Virus record (IMG/VR): IMGVR_UViG_3300038312_000396
Reading direction: 5' to 3' (one strand)
From: an uncultured virus (IMG/VR IMGVR_UViG_3300038312_000396)
Lineage: Duplodnaviria; Heunggongvirae; Uroviricota; Caudoviricetes
DNA length: 64,000 nt
Part shown: in pieces, positions 57,833 to 64,000 of the stretch
Layout: the number at the start of each line of letters is the position of its first letter
Position numbering within the stretch: position 1 is the stretch's first letter
The notes under the pieces: generated by a model
What the model was told of the DNA's origin: nothing
The model's database searches: none
Seen by the model: only the letters and a program-made list of their open reading frames with translations
Program-made: the position numbers and the translations under genes

Positions 57833-58027
57833 CTAACTCTTAGTATAGAATACTGTCCAATCTGAGTAAGCAATTATCCTCAAGATGTTTCTTGCTTCAA
57901 TCAGTGTCAGATTGTCAATAAACTCACCAATCTCAGGCATACTGCCCGATTCAACTTTCTTTATTAAAGCGTCTAATTTTACCCTTGCTGCTGTAATCTC
58001 GTCATGTACTTCCTCACCACTTCCCAT
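57833..58027 (-). CDS. small hypothetical protein
   Basis: RBS AGGGG, ATG. Confidence 0.5.
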   Translation of the reverse strand: MGSGEEVHDEITAARVKLDALIKKVESGSMPEIGEFIDNLTLIEARNILRIIAYSDWTVFYTKS

Positions 58028-58089
58028 TTTTTATACCCCTTTCTTTAAGGATTAAGAGAGCCTTATCTTTTGTGTTGTGACCTTTTATC

Positions 58090-58341
58090 TTATGCTGTAA
58101 CTTTACTGTTAGTCTGATGTGCAAGTATGTTTTTTATCCTGTCATACCAAGAAATTAATCTAGGTTCTGCCTCTACTTTTGTTCTTATACCGCAAACATC
58201 ACACTTAAAATGCAAGTATTTACTGCCTTGTACTGTCTCTACTTCCATGTAATCGACACCATTTAATTGATGCCCACAAAGACAGCGAAACGGTATCTTT
58301 TGTATAGGTATTTCAGTCTTTCTCATAATAGTTGCGTTCAC
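58090..58341 (-). CDS. small zinc-ribbon protein
   Basis: CLCG...CDVC. Confidence 0.5.
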   Translation of the reverse strand: MNATIMRKTEIPIQKIPFRCLCGHQLNGVDYMEVETVQGSKYLHFKCDVCGIRTKVEAEPRLISWYDRIKNILAHQTNSKVTA

Positions 58342-58413
58342 TTATACCACCGTCTTTCGTCTCTTTGTTTCTCTGTTTACTCTCATTAGTTTACTGCTCT
58401 CTCACTTATGTTT

Positions 58414-58665
58414 CTATTTCCAGACAAAGCCCTTTTTCCTACAATATGCTCTGTCAACAACAGACGTATTAACCGCTTCTACAGACATATCTTGTCTTCC
58501 AAGCTTTAAGTTTAACTTATGCGCAGCTCTATTTGCTGCTTCTAGGTCTTTAAAACAAATTGCGGTAGATAGCCCAACACTATCTAAGTCGGAAAAGTAT
58601 GCGAATTTATCGCATATGCCTAAAAATACACCTTTATTTTTATTAACGACTATGTAATTACTCAT
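58414..58665 (-). CDS. small hypothetical protein
   Basis: RBS GAGG, ATG. Confidence 0.5.
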   Translation of the reverse strand: MSNYIVVNKNKGVFLGICDKFAYFSDLDSVGLSTAICFKDLEAANRAAHKLNLKLGRQDMSVEAVNTSVVDRAYCRKKGFVWK

Positions 58666-58774
58666 TTAATTGTACCTCTCACATGTCTACTGATCTTTGT
58701 TTAATTCTAATACTATCGTTTGTATACTCCCACACAAAAATATCTTTCTTCATTGTGAAAGTACTTGTAGACAA

Positions 58775-58815
58775 AAAAGTGAATAGGAATCCACATAGAA
58801 TCCCTATTCACTTTT
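58775..58815 (-). terminator. intrinsic terminator
   Basis: AAAAGTGAATAGG/CCTATTCACTTTT just past the topoisomerase A stop. Confidence 0.7.
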
Positions 58816-58820
58816 AAACC

Positions 58821-60956
58821 TTATACCAACGCTAATGCCACATTAGTTGCCTCTCCTGATTTATAGTTTACAGCACAGTCTAATGTCACAAGTTGCATAT
58901 CTCTAATGTTGTCTATTTTTCCTGCAAATACCGCAGTTTTAGCGGTCTTTGACTTACGAAGTATATCTGTAAACTTAACTGTTGCCTGTTTTCCAAGTAA
59001 TGATGTAACTTTTACGTACACATTATCGCTGTCTGAATCTGCAAACTCTATTGAACCAATATAATTCCCGTCTGCAAATCCTTTTTGTATGTACTTCTGC
59101 TTACGTTTATCAGTAACAAACTCATTACTCGAAACAATACAAATTCTACCGTCATCATCACAAAACACATATGTCATATCAGGTTTCCAGAGTTTAATAT
59201 CAATTATTTCAGCATCCTCTATCCCAAAATCCGATAGAATGAATACCCCTGTTTTCTTACCAGTAGTATACTCTATATTTTCCAAGTATACCTTATAAAT
59301 TTCACCAGTTGAGGCGAACAACATTATAACATCATTTGCCTTGCAGTTTACGTTGTATACACAGTTAGACGGCATTTTTGCGTTCATACTATTCTTGTAT
59401 ATAAACAAATCTTCCGTGATGCCAATTTGAACATTTGACCTGTCAACTGGTTTTTCATAAATAACTGTAACAGGTGTCAAATCTTCGGGATACTCGTCAT
59501 ATATAACTGACTTTTGTCGATACCCTTTTTTCTCAAACTTAACCTGTAGCCCCGATAATTCATCAACAATGAAAGGTACTGGATCAAGTACAATTTCCTC
59601 AGCACGTTGAAGCTCTTTTGTTAGGTTTACTAACTGCTCTTTTTTCTGTTCAAGCGAAAACTTCCTTATGTCTTTTATTTTTAAGTCCAATAAGAATTCA
59701 AATATCTGCTGATTGAATGGTGTAACCCTTGCTTTTAAGTAGTTGTAAAGCACAATATCATTGTCCTCATTCTTAACAAGTTTAACCCATTCATCAATAT
59801 CAACTTTTGCCATAAAGCTCATGTATGCTTGTAAAAACATCAGCTTACTTTCCAAATCTTCAACAAGTAACTTAAAGTGTTTACTTACAACTGCCTTACG
59901 CCATTTACACCACTCTATAAGTAAGTGTCTTACACCTATTTGTTTTAGGGAATTCCCGTCTATTACATTAATGTTTACCGGGTAATTCTTCTGTAGGTCT
60001 GATTTATTCAATATGTAATTAACTACAGCATCAGGTTCTCCGTTGAGTTTTATAACAAGTTTGAAACCTTTAATGCCTGATTCGTCTTTAGCTTCAATAA
60101 ACCGTGTTCTAAAATAATTGTCCCGTTTCGCCAACTTATAAAGCCCATCAATAACATTTTCAATTATAACTCCATAAGGTAACTCGGTAACAACCATTTC
60201 AAAATATCTACCTTTTTGTTCGATCGAATAAGTAGCATATATCGGAATTGATCCTTTACCTCTTGTCCATATTTCTTTCATGCTCTCCCACAGTGCTACA
60301 ATACTCCCGCCAGTCGGAAAGTCAGGTCTCAAATCCATGTAATTAAATTCTTTTCCTTGTATAACCGCCTTTGTAGCCTCAATTAAGTCAATCACATTAA
60401 AGGATGGAATTGATGTTGCAAACCCTACCGCAATACCCTCTGTGGGATTTGCTAAAACCGCAGGAAAATTGACAGGTAACGCCTTTGGTTCTGTGTTTTT
60501 GTTATCGTACGATGGTAACATTTCAACAGAGTCTAAGAACTCAAAATATTCCTTAGCGTGGTCTTCTAACATAGCTTCTGTATAACGTGGTGCGGCACTT
60601 GCAAAATTAGATGTTACTGAACCAAAGTTTCCTTTTCCATAAATCAACGGAAAGTTCCATGCACCATACTTGTCTGTCATTCTAGTCATAGTCTCGTATA
60701 TAGCCATGTCACCATGAGGATGCAACTTCATAACTTCACCAACAACGTTAGCACTCTTTGTCTTGTTATTTAACAACTTCTGCTTGTACATTGTATACAG
60801 AATTCTTCTTTGAGATGGCTTTAACCCGTCCTGTAAGTCCGGTATAGCCCTGTCCAATAATACCTTTACCGCATAAGGCATGTAATTACCGTAAATAACA
60901 TCCCTTATATCTGTGTCTACAACTGTCTGTTTTGCTAAACTCATTACTTCACCCAC
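58821..60956 (-). CDS. type IIA topoisomerase subunit A (GyrA/ParC)
   Basis: RAIPDLQDGLKPSQRRILY, HPHGD, GNFGS, AAPRYTE (catalytic Tyr), GIAVGFAT, PDFPTGG. Confidence 0.95.
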   Translation of the reverse strand: MGEVMSLAKQTVVDTDIRDVIYGNYMPYAVKVLLDRAIPDLQDGLKPSQRRILYTMYKQKLLNNKTKSANVVGEVMKLHPHGDMAIYETMTRMTDKYGAWNFPLIYGKGNFGSVTSNFASAAPRYTEAMLEDHAKEYFEFLDSVEMLPSYDNKNTEPKALPVNFPAVLANPTEGIAVGFATSIPSFNVIDLIEATKAVIQGKEFNYMDLRPDFPTGGSIVALWESMKEIWTRGKGSIPIYATYSIEQKGRYFEMVVTELPYGVIIENVIDGLYKLAKRDNYFRTRFIEAKDESGIKGFKLVIKLNGEPDAVVNYILNKSDLQKNYPVNINVIDGNSLKQIGVRHLLIEWCKWRKAVVSKHFKLLVEDLESKLMFLQAYMSFMAKVDIDEWVKLVKNEDNDIVLYNYLKARVTPFNQQIFEFLLDLKIKDIRKFSLEQKKEQLVNLTKELQRAEEIVLDPVPFIVDELSGLQVKFEKKGYRQKSVIYDEYPEDLTPVTVIYEKPVDRSNVQIGITEDLFIYKNSMNAKMPSNCVYNVNCKANDVIMLFASTGEIYKVYLENIEYTTGKKTGVFILSDFGIEDAEIIDIKLWKPDMTYVFCDDDGRICIVSSNEFVTDKRKQKYIQKGFADGNYIGSIEFADSDSDNVYVKVTSLLGKQATVKFTDILRKSKTAKTAVFAGKIDNIRDMQLVTLDCAVNYKSGEATNVALALV

Positions 60957-61068
60957 CTTAAATAAAAAACTTGATATACCTATATAATTAAAGTATCAAT
61001 TAATTATCATGTATAACCTTTAATATCCTTTACCTTAAAAAACAAATTCTCACAATAAAAACTAGTAA

Positions 61069-62499
61069 TCACTCTTTAATCTTGTAACAATAAGTTTCGT
61101 CACCGTTTTCAGTCTCGTAAATAATTGTGTGGTCTCTAAAATTAACAGAAACAATTTTACTTGCATTTATAGATAGATACATGTTATTATCAACATGATA
61201 TACGTCAAACAAGTGATTTTCTTTATGTAATACTACTATAATAGCATCATCTTGATGTTCTTGGTCTTTACTGTATTGTGAAAAGGTATTAACAACAGTC
61301 TGAAAATATATTGGAGGTACAATCACCTTACAATTTACCATTAAGCCATATCTATTGTTCCTTTTAACTTTGTAAATCTGTAAAGAGCCATATGTTCCCG
61401 ACAATGCCCCATTAAATGCTAAAGTTACGATATTTGAGTAAAGACTCCCAACTAATGGGTCACCTGTGTATTCATTGTTACAAGTATCTGAACCATAAGC
61501 AAATACCTTAAAGCTATTACCTTTATGCACCACAAAATTATCTTTTGTAAACTGACAAAAATCCGAATCCACATAGGTCTTCACAGGTAAATAATGTGAA
61601 ACCGATTTGTTACTGTCTTTCCATAAAACCTCAAAATTAAATCCTGCTATCGCCTTGTCCTTAGGTATTATGTACTCGTTTTCTCTTAAATATTCTAGTA
61701 GGTCAATTAACTTAGTGCTTGTCCAAGTGTTTAAATTTGTTTTTCTTTCCCAGTCTATACTTGCTGTCACTGTCATTTCTTTATCTAAAAAAATAATTAA
61801 TTCAACATCTTTATTGTGAATGCAATTATATTCACTGTCTAATTCATTATATAACCCAGTTACTATATTTTTTACTTTTACATTTATTTCTCTAAGTTCA
61901 TCCCACGGAATATACTCGTCAAAATAGTCTATTCCCTCTTCAATTAAACAATATCCCTCTTTCTTTTTTAAACACACTAATTTCTCGTTATACACTTCTA
62001 GTGTGTTGTGCCTTTGTAAGTACAGCCTACACTTATCATTTTTAATACCCTCTGTTCTCGCTAATACTTTGCATCCCTCGGTATTTACCACGCTTTCAAT
62101 TTCTCCCCTACTGCCTAAATAGTACACGTTGTTATTCCCATCTGTTAAATATAAAAAGTTCCGGTTATCTACAGAATTAACAAGCCCTTTAAACCTTATA
62201 TTTGTATGTAACACCTTGCAGTTAACGGAATCAACCACACGTAGACCGTCAAAGATATCTCCTGTATAAATTACAAGTAGTTCTGAATTGTACAAAGTAT
62301 ATAAAAGATCGTAACTTATTTTAAAACTACCATCTAGGGTAGTAATTAACCGAATTTCAGGAAATACCATCAAGTTATTTTTCACCTTATAGTCTGTAAC
62401 TTTTCTACCATAAAGTACACTTAAGGTGTGACACACATCCATTCGTTGTTGCAAATCTTCCATTGTCTCGTCAATATCTAAAATACCAGTTTCAGTCAT
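61069..62499 (-). CDS. beta-rich accessory protein of the shared N-terminal motif family, between topoisomerase genes
   Basis: TLSVLYGRKV; RYGLMVNCKVIVPPIY WG-like repeat. Confidence 0.6.
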   Translation of the reverse strand: MTETGILDIDETMEDLQQRMDVCHTLSVLYGRKVTDYKVKNNLMVFPEIRLITTLDGSFKISYDLLYTLYNSELLVIYTGDIFDGLRVVDSVNCKVLHTNIRFKGLVNSVDNRNFLYLTDGNNNVYYLGSRGEIESVVNTEGCKVLARTEGIKNDKCRLYLQRHNTLEVYNEKLVCLKKKEGYCLIEEGIDYFDEYIPWDELREINVKVKNIVTGLYNELDSEYNCIHNKDVELIIFLDKEMTVTASIDWERKTNLNTWTSTKLIDLLEYLRENEYIIPKDKAIAGFNFEVLWKDSNKSVSHYLPVKTYVDSDFCQFTKDNFVVHKGNSFKVFAYGSDTCNNEYTGDPLVGSLYSNIVTLAFNGALSGTYGSLQIYKVKRNNRYGLMVNCKVIVPPIYFQTVVNTFSQYSKDQEHQDDAIIVVLHKENHLFDVYHVDNNMYLSINASKIVSVNFRDHTIIYETENGDETYCYKIKE

Positions 62500-62708
62500 T
62501 TTATTTCCTGCTTTCTAATTGGGATAATAATTATATAAGTAAATACGGATTATAAAAAGGTTTTCCAAAGAATATGTGAGTACAAGTTTAACTAGTTGTC
62601 ATACTTTAACTCATTTTTGAGCAAAAGCCTAGATCAACCTCAACACTTTCTGGAAATCCTTATATGTTAATTTAGATAAAATAAAAGGAAATTTTCCTAA
62701 CTGTTAAG

Positions 62709-64000
62709 TTAGGAAAATACCTCTGCCAAATTCATGTTTTTCATATAATCTACTATCAATGTTTTTCTTTCCTCTAAATTGTCTCCAAGTAAAGCATTAA
62801 ATATCCATGATGTCATTTCCTCATGTTGTTCTTCGTCATACTCTACCCGTACAAGTCTTCTGGTATCTGGACACATCGTAGTCTGCCACATCATGTCTGG
62901 ATTATTTTCACCAAGACCTTTAGATCTATTCACAGTGTGACGTACTCCTTTTGCATTTAAACTCTCTACAATGCTGTCCTTTTCTTCATTTGAATAAGCA
63001 AACAGGGATTCTTTACTTGTCTCTATTTCAAATAAAGGTGATTCTGCAATATAAACTCTGCCTTGCTTTAATAGTGCAGGATATAACCTGTAAAAGAACG
63101 CTAGTATTAATGTTCTTATCTGGAAACCATCCTCGTCAGCGTCTGTACATATAACAAACTTTTCCCACTCCCGTATGTCACCAAATGATACCCTGCCTAC
63201 TCCCCTTAATTCCACGTTCTCATTAATGATTTTTATTAAACGCAAGATTATGTCGTTTGAAAGTATTTGTGTAACATCCGACTTCAAACAGTTCTTAATT
63301 TTACCTCTTACGGAAGTGATTGCTTGAAACTCACTGTCTCTTGCTTGTCTACAAGAACCCATAGCAGAATCTCCCTCAACTATGTAAAGCTCTCTATTAT
63401 AATTACTTCTGCAATCAACAAACTTGTCAATAGGAGAATTATCAAATTCCTCAATTTTTTCCTGTGCCTTTTTAATTTGCTTTTTCAATTTTGCAGCTGT
63501 CTCTTGCGCTTTTTCATGTACGTCAATTACTTTTTTAAAGTAGTCTCGAATTTCTTTATTCTTTTGAAATATCTTACCAATCTCAACACTAAGCACTTCT
63601 GTGAGAACCGTTTCTAGCCCTTTGTTTAAAACTGTTCTTTTTGCCTGTCCGTCATAGGATGTTGAAGTTGAGCGAGTGAATATAAATGCACTTAGATTAC
63701 CCTCTAAATTGTAGATGTCTCTAAGATACAATCCTTTGTCCAGTGATTCGCTTAAACCTCTACCTACCCCTTGAAATAAAGACTTTGAATGTATTCCCCC
63801 ACGACTTCCTTTGTCAACTTCAACCATGTTGTGGAAGAACCTAACTTCACCACCATTTTGAACAAACGCAAAAGCTATTTTATACTCGTACCTGTAAGCA
63901 TCACTACCATCTCTTTTATCGGATGTTGTTCCGCTACCCTCTGTGAACAAGTAGTCTGAAATTACTTTTTCTTTGGTCTTGTCCTTTAACACTTCTTTGT
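62709..64000 (-). CDS. type IIA topoisomerase subunit B (GyrB/ParE), C-terminal part (runs off window end)
   Basis: YDGQAK, ELYIVEGDSA, VRGKIKN, TDADEDG, RSKGLGE, TTMCPDTRRL. Confidence 0.95.
   Translation of the reverse strand, partial: KEVLKDKTKEKVISDYLFTEGSGTTSDKRDGSDAYRYEYKIAFAFVQNGGEVRFFHNMVEVDKGSRGGIHSKSLFQGVGRGLSESLDKGLYLRDIYNLEGNLSAFIFTRSTSTSYDGQAKRTVLNKGLETVLTEVLSVEIGKIFQKNKEIRDYFKKVIDVHEKAQETAAKLKKQIKKAQEKIEEFDNSPIDKFVDCRSNYNRELYIVEGDSAMGSCRQARDSEFQAITSVRGKIKNCLKSDVTQILSNDIILRLIKIINENVELRGVGRVSFGDIREWEKFVICTDADEDGFQIRTLILAFFYRLYPALLKQGRVYIAESPLFEIETSKESLFAYSNEEKDSIVESLNAKGVRHTVNRSKGLGENNPDMMWQTTMCPDTRRLVRVEYDEEQHEEMTSWIFNALLGDNLEERKTLIVDYMKNMNLAEVFS

Noticed and set aside
248..63617. 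Numerous plus-strand ORFs in the ORF track, e.g. Ser-rich 11038..11706
   Set aside because: Nearly all lie antisense to well-supported minus-strand genes, lack RBS or motifs, and their composition mirrors the opposite strand
1..64000. CRISPR array, tRNA/rRNA, inteins, transposases, reverse transcriptase/DGR
   Set aside because: No regularly spaced repeats, cloverleafs, intein motifs, RT motifs or TR/VR pairs were recognised by eye
1..64000. Stop-codon reassignment as an explanation for split genes
   Set aside because: Long genes read through intact in the standard code, all three stops are used at credible gene ends, and the split halves are kilobases apart

Overview
AT-rich (roughly 30% GC by eye), densely coding segment in which essentially every credible gene lies on the minus strand. 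The gene content points to the DNA replication/recombination region of a large (jumbo-type) phage or phage-like element of a low-GC Gram-positive (Bacillota-like) host; this is inferred from strong GGAG/GGGG ribosome-binding sites and sigma-A-like promoters. No virion, rRNA, tRNA or CRISPR genes were recognised. Core genes: UvrD-like helicase (partial), RecD2-like helicase, DnaB-like helicase, family A DNA polymerase, beta-clamp-like protein, SSB, SbcD/Mre11, RuvC-like resolvase, type IIA topoisomerase A and B subunits, adenine methyltransferase, YhaM-like HD nuclease and a HAD nucleotidase. Three normally single-chain enzymes appear split into separate genes: SbcC/Rad50, DnaG primase and NAD-dependent ligase. 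The most unusual element is an accessory array (about 21.5-38 kb, plus one copy between the topoisomerase genes) of about 14 divergent, beta-rich/WG-repeat paralogs and remnants. They share a short N-terminal motif (L-[ES]-[VIL]-[IL]-x-G-x-x-[VL]) and sit directly downstream of a MoxR AAA+ / metallopeptidase-vWA pair. All calls are by-eye motif recognition; no database searches were run.
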